Source of the DNA: Rhodosorus marinus CCMP1338
Taxonomy: Eukaryota > Plantae > Rhodophyta
Assembly: GCA_029953675.1 (NCBI GenBank)
Contig: JAMWBK010000001.1
Location: forward strand, 558,001-622,000
Direction: 5' to 3'
Length of the DNA: 64,000 bases
A program made the position numbers and the translations under genes. This document shows positions 12,581 through 24,321 of this stretch, in pieces (positions within the stretch are counted from its first letter, which is position 1; every line of letters starts with the position of its first letter). Below the pieces are notes generated by a model that saw only the letters and a list, made by a program, of their open reading frames with translations, did no database searches and had not been told where the DNA came from.

Positions 12581-13090
12581 ATGAGCATGAGTGTGAGTCT
12601 GGAAACGAAGAAGCCGGTCATTATGACGAAGATGACGCTTGATTTTTTGGTGACTCCGTCGTTTGACTCTCCCGCGATTTCTGATGTGTCTGTTCAGACA
12701 AGTTCGGAGTCGACTTTGACGTTCTCGGAGTTGAAGAATAGCTGTCTTGAGTGCCACGACTCTTTTAGCTTCAAGGCGAGCTTGCTGTTCCATTTGGCGC
12801 AGAAGCATGGTGCTGAAGGAATAATCTGCTGCACCCACTGCAGCCTGGGCTTCAAGAGGAAGTCGGACCAGCGAAAACATAACTTAACTGTTCACGAAAG
12901 ATACAGACCTTTCGCATGCGAAAGCTGTAAGGCTTCTTTTTATCTAAAGAAGGACTTGGTGAAGCACGATTCCTCTGTACATAAGAAACTGAAGCCATTT
13001 ATTTGCACCCTGTGCGGGTCAAAGTTTGGGAAGAAGGAACATATGACGAGACATGTTCGAAGCGTGCACGAGAAGAAACCACGAAGCTGA
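12581..13090 (+). CDS. Intronless C2H2 zinc-finger protein (4 fingers)
   Basis: CLEC..HLAQKH, CTHC..HNLTVH, CESC..HDSSVH and CTLC..HVRSVH, with RPF/KPF linkers. Confidence 0.95.
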   Translation: MSMSVSLETKKPVIMTKMTLDFLVTPSFDSPAISDVSVQTSSESTLTFSELKNSCLECHDSFSFKASLLFHLAQKHGAEGIICCTHCSLGFKRKSDQRKHNLTVHERYRPFACESCKASFYLKKDLVKHDSSVHKKLKPFICTLCGSKFGKKEHMTRHVRSVHEKKPRS

Positions 13091-13176
13091 TAGACTCACA
13101 GATTGACTTGTTGACTTAGCTGTGCATGCACATGCACAGCTTTGTTTGAAACTTTACTTATGCGACTTGAACCGCT

Positions 13177-13290
13177 CAACAACTTTGGATGAGCAGACCC
13201 GCAGCAACTTTGGATGAGCAGACCCGCAACAACTTTGGATGAGCAGACCCGCAACGACTTTGGACCTGCAACAACTTTGGGATGAGCAAA
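13177..13290. repeat. 25-bp tandem repeat (CAACAACTTTGGATGAGCAGACCCG) x3 plus 2 partial copies, just 3' of the C2H2 gene
   Basis: Units at 13177-13201, 13202-13226 and 13227-13251; partials at 13252-13264 and 13269-13290. Confidence 0.95.
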
Positions 13291-15669
13291 GAGCTAGGAC
13301 CCCTTTGTATTAAAAGTGTTAACTAATTTAATTTACATATGTCGCAACCTGATGCCCTTCCTATTGCAGAGGATGGCGTTATTTGTGTCCGCGAGGCTTG
13401 GGTCCTTGCAGTGCTCTTCGCTATTCAGATCTTTTTAACCACCGGACGTTGATACTGCGTCCGGTGGTTAAAATTCCAGTGCGGCAGTTGCCTCATGATC
13501 ATGCTAGCTATGCCGTTCCAGGTGCTACTAGGACAGAAGAGGAGTGAGCGCGTCGAACCTGCATTCAAATTCCCCCCCTCCCCCCCACACCAAAAAATAT
13601 TCCAAACTCCCTCAACGCGGGGTCTGAAAACTCTCCGCTCTGGCGAGCTTATTTCGCACCGAAAGGAAATCATGTTCGTACTGTGCAACTCCAGCCCTAC
13701 GCGCTGCCTGGCTTTGTTGCGCCCCCTCCACCCCCCCCCTTTTTTTATTAAGTTCAGTACTTGTTTGTTCTAAACTATTTAAGGTGTAGGTATTAGAAAT
13801 TTTCCAATAGTGGACTTTTCTTCTTGAAATATTGAACAAAATACATATATATTTTGCAAATATCTCGAGAACTTCAAATTATTTTCAAAAAAGCTTCTCG
13901 AGGCAAAAATGAAAAATAGAAGAAAAGTCTGTCTTGCGTTCTAGTAAGAAAGTTGCAACTAGCCCCCCAAAATAAGAGGCCTAGCACGGAAACGGAGGGT
14001 TGCTTCCTCGATCCCCTCGGCCCTTCCCCTCCGTATTGCATTAATAGCGGTTATCTCTTTTTTTTTCGTTTCTTGTATTCTCTTGTTTCAATATTAACAG
14101 AGAGCTTTGAGCACGGAAAATGAAAAACTAGATAGGGGTAAAAAAGTAATATTGACAGTTATGTTCTACTCATTCCGCAACAAAAACAACATCTTTTCAA
14201 ATTAGTTTTTTCTTTCTTTTGCAAAGGACCATTTTTTCAGCCGTCTTCCCGTTGTTTTTTTGGCAGAGGAAGCAACAAGCACCCCGCGCATAAAACATTA
14301 AAAAAATCAGCTATTCTGCTTGCTTTAAAGACTGGTGACGAAAAACGGGAGGAATCGTTTATACCTTAGAATCAACTAAAAAAGAGGAAAGCTTGGAATC
14401 TTCAAAAATATATTGGAGACTTTTTTTGAACATTTCTCGTGGATTTTTTTCTTCTTATTTTTTAGCGAACATCAAGATTGAGTTGCAGGATGGTAACGTT
14501 TGACTTACTCTTCGTAGAGAGAAAGGGGGGTCCGCCAGTCCCTTTTTTTCTCTGCTGTTTTTTTTTTTGAGTTTCGGTTTTTGGAGTGGGATGAAGAGTT
14601 TTGAACGGGGAGAGTGACTGAAGGAGTTTTTTCATTGTGCTGGTGGAGGTGGGACAAAAGAAGGTCCATCTAGTGGTAATAGGAAGAAATCATCCTCCTC
14701 CTGTTCGTTCTGTTCAGAGCAGCGACAACAGCACAACCGTAGAGAAAGGTGAAGTCCTAACGCAACCGAGGGGGGGAGGAAAAGCCCAAATAATCCATTG
14801 TATTTCACTATGACGGAGAAAATTTGATATGAGGACAACCCCCTATTAATTATAGCGCGCATTGCAGTGAAGTACCAACCATGGCTCGGTAACCAACCTT
14901 CAAGAAACGTCGACGTATAAGAATTCACTCTCGAATATCGATCGCCGGGACCTGATCAGTTCTTGGAGCAGGGAAATATTTCTGGGAGCCGCGGCTTCAT
15001 TCCGCACAAGAAAGCGCAGTCGGTGTCCAAAGCAAAAGGTCGGTTCGTAATTTCCAGCGAGGAACCAATCAACTAATCAACTTATGAGGTCTCCCCGCGC
15101 AGAGATATCAACCCTAGCGAGATGGACTCCCAGCGCCTGCCACAATCCGCGCATCTGAAACTTTTGCCAAGGGAGGCGTGGTCGAGGAACCCAAGGAAAC
15201 GCTACTATGCTCATGCACGAGGAAATTGGCTAGCCGGTGGCGTCAGCGCAACCCCGTCCGCCCTTGCTTTCGATATCCCACTGTGGTTTGGACAAACTGA
15301 CTGGCTGATATAATCAAAAATCCGCGGAGCTGGTGATCGTTTAATGTGCTTAGGTTCCGAGAGCATGGGGTAAGAGCCAGTCAAAGCTGGTAGTGCTCAA
15401 TAAGAGGAGGGGTCGCGTTTTCTCGGATACGAGCGTCCGATTTCAGTACATGAGCACAGCCAGGATTGAAATACTGTGCTCGCACAGTTTCGCTTTGGCA
15501 AATTTGGTTCTTGAAATTGATGGTCAACTCATTTGTTTTTTGCAAGAAAGGAGGGCTCCGCTTCGTAGAGCAATTTTATCCTGAATCCGCGGAGTTTCGG
15601 CTCGATGCGTAGTACGGACATAGTGAGTTGCCATACAGGCGAAACCGGCTCAGGCAGCGGCATTTGGCT

Positions 15670-16446
15670 TCTCGAGTTGGACGGAATCAGGCCTGCTGAG
15701 TGCCTTGTCTGTCGTGGAGAGATGTACGAACTGTACTGGCTGTGCTCATAGACCAGGAGGTTAGCGGCCTTTTGCCCAACGAACTTTGTGTCGTCTTTCT
15801 TCTTGCTTTTATATCCTGAACCCCCAGAGTTGCGCCTCGCAGCGTACCTACAAGGCGCGTCTACAATATATGCGAAACCAGCTCCACAGTGGATGTTGCT
15901 TTTCGAGTAGCACGGAATCATGCCTCTTGAGAGTGCCTTGTCTGTCGTGAAGAAGATGTAGGAACTGTACTGGCTGTGCTCATAGACCAGGAGATTAGCG
16001 GCCTTTCGCCCAACGAACTTTGAGTCGTCTTCTTGCTTTTATATCCTGAATCCCCAGTCGCGCCTCCCAGCATACCTGCAAGGCGCTTCTACAATATAAG
16101 CTAAACCAGCTCCACAGTGGATGTTGCTTTTCGAGTAGCACGGAATCGAGACTGAATCCCTTGTCTGTGGGCGAGAAGATGTACGAACTGTATCTGGCTG
16201 TGCTCATAGACCAGGAGATTAGCCCAGGAGATTAGCGGCCTTTCGCCCAGTGAACTTTGTGTCGTCTTCTTGCTTTTATATCCTGAATCCCCAGTCGCGC
16301 CTCCCAGCGTACCTGCAAGGCGCTTCTACAATATAAGCTAAACCAGCTCCACAGTGGATGTTGCTTTTCGAGTAGCACGGAATCGAGACTGAATCCCTTG
16401 TCTGTGGGCGAGAAGATGTTCGAACTATGTCTGGCTGTGCTCATAG
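15670..16446. repeat. Tandem array of ~230-bp units (3.3 copies)
   Basis: Equivalent acggaatc positions at 15681, 15912, 16140 and 16377 (periods 231, 228, 237). The third unit carries an internal 13-bp duplication, ccaggagattagc. Confidence 0.95.
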
Positions 16447-16769
16447 GCTGATAATCATCACGCATGTCCTGCGGCATTGGCAACAGTGCGAGCTCTCGCG
16501 GGGAGCACGAGCACAACCAGCATAGGTCGCTCTTCCCGATGCGCTCGTGCTAGTCTCTTGCGTGGACGCTCGAGAGCTATGGCACGTTTCATACCAGCTA
16601 GGAATACACATCTTCACACGGATGGCGAAGATGTACGAGATGTGTACGTTTCGGTCTGCAGGTGGAATTCTAGGAAAGTCTGTGCCTTAGTTAGAAAAAT
16701 TAGCTTTTGCGCTGGACGTTGGACCTGACTAGTCCCAAGCCATAATCAGAGAGCACCACATCTTTGTGT

Positions 16770-18756
16770 CTATGATCTCGGAAGGACTTTGTGCGGGTTG
16801 AGAATTCCGTTTGGATCCAAAGCATGTTTGATGAGCTTCATGATGTCCACCGCTGATTTCGGCTTTGTGTAGTAGATTTTCTCCGCTTTCATGAGGCCAA
16901 GTCCATGCTCCGCGCTTATGCTTCCGCGCCTTGACCTCACCCATTCGTAGAGGAACGGGTCCATCTGAGCTTTTACCAATTCGCTTGCTCCTTTCTCAGT
17001 GATGGCGATGTTTAGATGAAGATTCCCGTCGCCAATATGCCCCCAGCCGACAGTCTGGCGTCAAACGAAAGCGACCATACGTGAATAACACAGCCACAAG
17101 TTTCCGCCGTGGCTGTCACCTCCACGATGCTTACCGCTGCGGGGAGCTGGGACAACCGCTCCCGCGTGTCAGTAACCAGCTCGTAAAAGTCCTTCATCGG
17201 CAAGGAAACGTCGTACTTGAGCGTGCCCTGAGTGCCTTCCTTCAACAACGCCTCCGGAAGGCCCTCGCGAAGGGCCCAGAACGAATCCATCTGAGTATTG
17301 TCCTGCGCAATCACTCCGTCGACAAGGGTTCCCGCTTCAAACGATTTCTCCAGAAAGCCTTCCAGCTTCTCACTAATCAGATCGTCAAGGAACGAAAAGG
17401 GTCAGAGGATTCAGTTGAACTCAATTGAGCTAGGAACAGAAAGACAGCTTCTGCTCAAGCTTCTCGGGAGACCGATTCAGGCGTTGCCCAAGTCCCACAG
17501 ATGTACTTAGTAGGCTTCCCAATCGAAGCAGTGAACCTTTTTGGTCTGGGAAGCCCTACAGCTAGGAAGCCTTACCCATCATGTGTAGGGTTGCTACCCA
17601 CAGTTTCGATCAGGACGTAGCACTTGTAACGTGATTCGAAAGGATCTCGTACGCCGTGGAGGTGCTTAAGACCAAGTTCAACGGCCTCCAAGTCCATGAA
17701 CTCGAACGCAGACAGGACTTCGCCAAGACTCGTCTTGGCTTCAACTAGGAGCTTGGTTACGTCTTCAAACGACTCCAAACCTACGCACGGGAGGTGGAGC
17801 TTCTTTGAGGGGCGCGGCGGAGGCAAGCACAGGCTTCGAAGAGGGACGGGCTTGGTCGAGGTTCTCCGGTTTGTGTGTCCGGGGGTTGGCGCTCACCGAG
17901 AAGCGCTGCGTTTACCGCTGGTAACCTTCTGGGAGTCGAAATGGTGAGTTTCGTGATTATTCCCAAAGTGCCTTCGGAACCGATCATCAACTGCTTCAGA
18001 TCGTATCCAGTGTTGTCCTTCTTAAGAGATGTCAACGTGTCAACAATCGTGCCATCCGCGAGAACAAACTCCATTCCCAAAATTGAATTTCGCAACGAGC
18101 CGTATCGAACGAACCTAGACCCGCCTGCATTCGTCGCGACGTTCCCACCAATCTGACATGACCCCTTTGCTCCCAGGTCCAGAGGCATTCTGTAGCCCTT
18201 GTCAGCCAGGTAGTCATCAAGCGTTTCAAGGACACAGCCCGCCTCGCATGTGATGGTCCCAGAGACCTCATCGAAATCCAGGATCTTGTTCATTATGCTC
18301 ATCGACACGATTACCTACGAGGAGAACATTGCCACAGCTTCAGTTTTTGGCCCTCTGAGGGAAGGCAACAGGGTAGAGAGCTCCGATGTGGATGCAGACC
18401 TCATCTTTGACAGGGACAGACCCGCCTACAAGCCCTGTGTTCCCTCCTTGAGGGACCACAGGTATTCTCTTCTCATTGCAGTACCTCAACAGCTGAGAAA
18501 CTTCCTCAGTCGTCTTCGGCCTCAACGCCAGCTTGGACTTGCCAAAATATTGATTCATCCAGTCCTTGTTGTACGACGCAAGATCCTCCGTACCTTGCAC
18601 GATCGCTCCAGGCTGGAGCTTCGAGCGGAAAAAATCGACGTCATCTCCAGTGACCTCAGAGTATACAGGCTTCATCGCAGACGCGGCAGCTCCAGACAGC
18701 CTCTTTCCAAATACCGTCATCGCGGAGCTACCACGTCTTAACAACCCCGTTAACAT
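16770..18756 (-). CDS. D2HGDH: D-2-hydroxyglutarate dehydrogenase, mitochondrial (FAD-linked oxidase family)
   Basis: [65 protein letters not shown] and [13 protein letters not shown]. Presequence-like N-terminus. Introns include 18315-18399 and 17781-17896. Confidence 0.96.
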
Positions 18757-20337
18757 CTCTCCCCTCCTCGTCTCGCTCAGAAAAAAAAACTACGAAGCTC
18801 TATACATAGGTGGATGAAGGCGAAGTCCACCCTCGTCCAAACAGAATCTAACGAAGATGATGGACGGAACAGAGCGAACGAAGTCTCGAAAAGCCCCTGC
18901 ACATCTCATCCATTTCGATCTCCATCGTCGATGATTTTGAAAAACTACATTTCCACGTCGATTGCAGTTTTTGATGTAAGCTGTTCCATCCTTCCCAGGC
19001 TGTTCTCTTGGATCATTCTTGGGTGTTTTGGAGTTGAACGCTGAGCTCGTTTAGCTGGTTTTCAGAGTAGATTTCTTAACTTATTTGTCCAGTATGCGCA
19101 TAGATGAGGTCCGACGCGCCCCGTCAAGGCTATGTTTCTAAATCCCACTTGTCGACGGCAAGGTCGTCGTTGACTAGCGGAAAGTTTGGGTTGTCGTCAA
19201 TTTGAACGTTTGGATTGAAACGTTGGTACGGTTCTCGGGTCTAGAAAGCGAGTTTCCTAACATAGATGTCCAACATACGCTTCAATCAGGTCCAAAGACC
19301 CTATCAAGACTACGTTTCCCGAGACTACTTGTAGCCCCAGCCTGCCCCAGCCTACTGGGAACTCCCTTCGACATAGTGGCCTAGTCCTGAGGAGGCCAGT
19401 CACAGACCGCGCTATCGAGGCCTCGGGTAGCCAACTAGCACGGAGCAATTCCTTTTGAACGCGCGCTGACAAGGGGTGAAATTTGTGCAAAGTTGTCATA
19501 GCTGCTCTCTGATGGAAGCCAAACCAGTTGAGCTTCAAACGTGTATGAGATGGCAAGCTGTGGAGATTTACGACGCCATCGGGTCCTTCGCATGTCGCAG
19601 CCTCGTGAGCTGGAAACGGGTCGATTTTCTCTAACAAAAGCCAGTTCGAGCAAACCTCAGAAACCGAAAACAAACGTTAGGCATCCCACAGCGACGTCTC
19701 TGAAGTGTTTCTTTCACAGTGGCTTTGAGATTTACAATACCTTGAGGACCGCTGCTGTGACGAAACGAAGAAGTTCATGTCGCTTTCCTGGATAGCAGTG
19801 AGGCGAAGGAGGGGGGCCTAACTACCTCGACTGCTTCTCAGCGGTATTTTTCGCAAGTGCTTCTATCGCTCAGTGCATATTTTAGACGAAAGCTTTTCTC
19901 CTGACAGTAATTCCGTGCTAAGTACCTCTTCGAAGAAAACAGTGGGTCTTGTCGTGGGAGCTATTGGTTTTCTGGGGGGGAACTGAAGGTGCTCGGTAGG
20001 AGGGCGCGTCAGCTTTTTAGAAATTCTGAGTACGGTTACAGTTTTACTCGTCAATGGCGTCTTTTGAGTTGTTGATTTCAAATGCTAAAAGGTTTCTTCA
20101 CAAAAAAAAGTTTGACTTACTAATCTACACAAATCTATTCCAGCCAGGAAACAACGGTCAGGTGAACATACAGAGCATACAAACCTCACAGCGGAGACGG
20201 CGGAGCTTTTCCGCTTCGCCACTAGGAGGTACTCAAAGTTGCTAAATCGAAGTCCTTTCTATATAAACAGGAAAGCTTGCTGCTGCAAAGAGTAGCGCAA
20301 TCTCGGGTTTGATTATCCTTCAGGAGTTAATGATAAT

Positions 20338-20838
20338 TCACACATATGGTACAGAGGAGTCACGAACATTCATGGGCATAGCGCATGCCTGTTCACCCGG
20401 GACTTGCTGGTCCTCCCCCTGCCAGTCATTCGTATCATCTGGCAAGGCTATGGCGTTTCTTGCTATACCCGCCTCTATCTCCCTTTGCATCAGCTCAACA
20501 CTTCCCTTGCACATTTCCAATGTAGGATTATCGACAAGGAACACGTACTCTCCATTTGAAAGCCTTCCAACCACGCACGGCAACCTTCCCGCAACGCACA
20601 CCCGCAGCCTCACATCCATTTCATCTCGGTGAATGTTCAGCACCGGCACTCGGAACGCGCTCTTGAACTCCGTAAATTCTGGCTTCTCATGGTGCACCCC
20701 GTGCGTGATATCACAAGCAGAACAGTGGCTTCCCAACCATTTCCTAACCGAATATATCACCTCCCCAATCACCGTCCCATCCGCGTCATAGACAACATAC
20801 AATTCGGACAAAACCCGATCCTCATATACACCCATCAT
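20338..20838 (-). CDS. Intronless uncharacterised CxxC protein resembling a bacterial hypothetical family (possible thioredoxin-like fold)
   Basis: 166-aa ORF with VVYDADG..GEVIY, HCSACDITHG, VLNIHRDEM and LPCVVGR. I recall this pattern from bacterial hypothetical proteins; not searched. Confidence 0.75.
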   Translation of the reverse strand: MMGVYEDRVLSELYVVYDADGTVIGEVIYSVRKWLGSHCSACDITHGVHHEKPEFTEFKSAFRVPVLNIHRDEMDVRLRVCVAGRLPCVVGRLSNGEYVFLVDNPTLEMCKGSVELMQREIEAGIARNAIALPDDTNDWQGEDQQVPGEQACAMPMNVRDSSVPYV

Positions 20839-20892
20839 TTACAAATCACCCCGGAACAAAAAAAATATATGCAACCTCTTCATACACCAAAA

Positions 20893-20930
20893 ACACAAAC
20901 ACACTCACACACACACACACACATACACAC
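20893..20930. repeat. Imperfect (CA)n microsatellite in the 5' region of the CxxC gene
   Basis: Directly visible. Confidence 0.85.
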
Positions 20931-21344
20931 TCGTGCGCACAAATAGCACTCCCGCACTCTCACACAAGCTCTAATCTCCTCAACTCCCTACCCACTCTAC
21001 CTTTTTTAACCCGCCATCCGCCTCCACCCTCAGTCAGCTCTAAGCAACCTCTTTATGTATTGCGCCAGTCACCTACCCCAATTTCCTCCCACCGCATTCG
21101 TTTTCTTGCCCATACCCAAGGCAACCACAGAATTCCAATCTTTCAGGTCCAAAAAACTGCTTCTCTCTCCCTCTCCCTTCAGCAGTGCATAACCATCAAA
21201 CCCACGAACCGAAATGAATATGAGCTAAAATTAATAAAATATTAAAAAGAAGCAGAAGCGAGAAGGATGGCACCAAAAAATTATGCGGGCTCGATAGGTT
21301 CTCTTTCTTTTCCCGTTCTGAGCCGCTAACGACCACAAAATTGA

Positions 21345-21581
21345 TCATCCATGGCCATCCTGGGACGAATATCCGTTTCTATATGAATAGCAGAATTTAT
21401 TTGAATATCTCTTTATTATCCAATCAATGAATATCACGTATGGATATAGAAACTTTCTTGTGATATTCAATCTTCTCAGAGATCGTTCCGCCTCTGATGC
21501 GATAGGCGTTCGTTTCCAGGCCTTAGTTTTTGTATGAAAGAATAACTCATGAGGTTTTGATGATTTTGGAACGGTTCGCAA
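21345..21581 (-). mobile_element. Possible hAT transposase C-terminal (dimerisation domain) relic
   Basis: RTPIASEAERSLRRLNI...VIFIDWIIKRYSNK resembles the hAT pattern P.TSA.AERSFS.L. An FPNL peptide lies upstream on the same strand but at too large a spacing. Weak. Confidence 0.3.
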
Positions 21582-23640
21582 CCCCCTGAGCCGCTTGGTG
21601 GGCGAGAAAACGCGAATTGTTGTATGGTGACTGTTTCATTGACGTTAGTCATTATGGACTAGGTTTTATTTTAAACAAACGAGATTCGGGAAGTATCGAG
21701 TAAACATATTTATGTATTTCAGGTTTAGTTTGTTAGAGGGAATATCGATAGGCTCAACGTGTCTTGGATTGAGATTTCCGATACAGTTCCTCGACGAGGA
21801 TGGGTTTGAATGGTGACGTCTTGTTGAGTGGAAGATCATACAAAACACAGAATGGAGTGGGCTGGAGAAGAAGATTCCCTGCTGCCTCTCCACTCATCCA
21901 GGCTGGGAACTACTTATACTCCATTTCTATGCCAAAGCATCGAGATGCGAACAGTTGTAGACTACATAGCGGTTGTGGACGCGGTGTTCAGTGACCGCAT
22001 TCCAAGGCTACTCAAGCGGCCCCTCTTCAGGAGAACGTTTTCACCCAGGATGGAAACCATGGTCAAGATGTATTCCATACCTTCGTCAAAAAAAAACGCA
22101 GCGCTCGAAAGCGTTGTTTTCACGTGGGACAGGAACACCCCGCCTCCTCACCCCTTGCAGGATTGCTTGGGGACTGCAGGATGCAACCTTCCAACATCCT
22201 CCCATGCTACGAGACACCGCTAGCAGCGAACAGAGCTCAGCGCTCTCGTCGGAACTGTCTCTGGCTGAAATGTGCACAAGGAACATCATCATAGATCACG
22301 CCAAGTTATCGACGGCGGGCCGCCAAACGCCACGCGCCCAACTGCAATACTCAGTAAATCCATACAGTCATATGATAGGAATACATCGTATATAGCGCTT
22401 AAAAGCTTCACCAAGTCCGCACGAAAACATGGTAATCAATCGTTATAAAAATAATGACTGAATACTTTTTCAATCGTCGTACGTTTTCGTATTGAATTAA
22501 TTTATAATTAATCCATCAATCGTTTGAGTAGCTTTCAGCCATGAACTCCGCCATGGACGGGAGATATTTATGTCATTGGCATTGAATTTCGAAGTAAAAA
22601 GAAGATATTTATTACGGTTGCAATATAATCTAGTTATACAATATCAAGGAACAGCAAGGAAAGAGATATTTGGATAAATGGTATGCGTTTCGTTGTTGTT
22701 TTTTTGAGGGTAAATATCGGGACATTCAACGACTCGGTGGACGGAAAATCTAGAAAAAATACGGCGGGACTTTGGCTATGGGAATAAAAAGAGTTCTTTA
22801 GGGGAATGTAGGGAAGCGTCGAGATTGGTATTTTGTTTATTTCTCGGTTCCTCCTCCGCGCCGAGAATTGGAGCGGATGATAGGCCATGACTGGTTGTGG
22901 AGGGCAGTTTGATATCTAAGTCAACTGAGGAATGGCGGATAGCTGTGTACAATATGCGGTTATCCGCAGCAAGTACCTTGTGCCAGAGATATTAATTCCA
23001 CAGGGTGGTAGAGAGGGCAGGAATCTGGTGCACGTGGTGTCGGATTCGCCGAGCAAATTCAAGTTAATTGCCCAATGCAATAAGCCCTGTAAAAATTCCG
23101 GAATGCTCTAGTTGGTCATTCATTCCGCCACCGCGTACCGAACGGGAGGCGGTAGTGTGCAATATCTCGTCATTCATTGGCGAGTGGATCCGGAGGCGTT
23201 TGGCCAGTAGAAGCTCTAATGGAGGATGGCTAAGGAGTGTCATATCTGTTCTGCCAAGAGTAAGCAGATTTTCACAGAAGTGATCGAATGAAAGTATCTA
23301 GAGCTGTTGAGCTTAGTAAGAACAACAGTTCAGGGCTGCATAGCGTTTGGCGGCCCTTATCCAGAATCCTTTTCAATGCAACAATCGCCCGCTGACCTTT
23401 TCCGCAGGTTTGACGACCGAAGGTTTTGGGCATGTCAGAACATCAGTCCATAGCCTCCCCGCCCGTTTCGTGCTGTGTCATTGACCACCACAATAGTAGC
23501 TTGAGCAAAGCTGAGGTTGAACGGGGCAAGGATGTTTCAGTATCCCAATAAAATATCTACTCTTTATTGGCATGAACTCATGCACAGCTGCCAATTTTTT
23601 CCTGAATGAGAGTGTAGCCCCTGATGAGCTTGTTTATCTA

Positions 23641-24321
23641 TTAACTAGCATCGGCACCAGTTCCTTGACCAGTGAGATACATAGAGTTTTTGTTGCCCTG
23701 CACCAGGATGAGCATCATTTGCTGGTTTTGTTGAACCAGAGCATTGAAAGTGCTTTGCTGAGACTCCAGGTAAGATCGCATGATGCTATTCAGCTCCTTC
23801 AAGTCCTTGTTTTGATGATCCAACTTCTCAACCAGGCCCATGACTGCTGACTCGATGTTCCGGGCAGACTTTCCGTATGCATACTCCAATCTCCTGGAAA
23901 CCCCATCACCATCATCGTCCAATTTCATTTCATCACCATCTTCGCCACCGTCATACCCAAGTCCCAGACCAACAGTGGTCTTTCCACTGATCCTATCCAA
24001 TATCAACCGTTCGATTCTTCGAGCCTCCTTCACCTCTTCAGGGGTCTGAGTCACTCCTTCCTCTGGTTTGTATCTGGTAAGGGACTTGTACTTCTTCCGG
24101 AGGTTCTCCATTTCGCGCTCGGAAACGCCAGTTTCAGATGCCCACTTGTTGTACATGCTCGTCACTCTCCTCCATCCCTCTGTACCCACAGGCTGCAGCG
24201 TCTCAATCGTCTTCAGCAGCTTCATGATTTCAACTGCCTTGTAGCCCTTGGCGCCGGCCTTTCGGCCTCCACCTCCACGGGACGGCTTGTCAACGGAACT
24301 CGGAGTCTCCCCAGGATCCAT
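23641..24321 (-). CDS. Intronless Myb/SANT-like (DUF6818-like) putative DNA-binding protein with Q/N-rich coiled-coil tail
   Basis: GRKAGAKGYKAVEIMKLL...QPVGTEGWRRVTSMYNKWA...ENLRKKYKSL...PEEVKEARRIE matches a trihelix/SANT-like pattern. Clean 226-aa ORF. Confidence 0.75.
   Translation of the reverse strand: MDPGETPSSVDKPSRGGGGRKAGAKGYKAVEIMKLLKTIETLQPVGTEGWRRVTSMYNKWASETGVSEREMENLRKKYKSLTRYKPEEGVTQTPEEVKEARRIERLILDRISGKTTVGLGLGYDGGEDGDEMKLDDDGDGVSRRLEYAYGKSARNIESAVMGLVEKLDHQNKDLKELNSIMRSYLESQQSTFNALVQQNQQMMLILVQGNKNSMYLTGQGTGADAS

Noticed and set aside
13177-13290. 25-bp repeats as a CRISPR array
   Set aside because: Units are head-to-tail with no unique spacers, there are no cas genes, and the context is eukaryotic.
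13470-13545. SSTWNGIASMIMRQL as a hAT TRWNS...M..R.L motif (minus strand)
   Set aside because: A single short motif with no other transposase segments nearby.
15529-16516. The ~230-bp array as a functional repeat-protein gene
   Set aside because: The second unit has an in-frame TAA and the third has +1 and +13 indels, so no continuous frame or plausible splice rescue exists.
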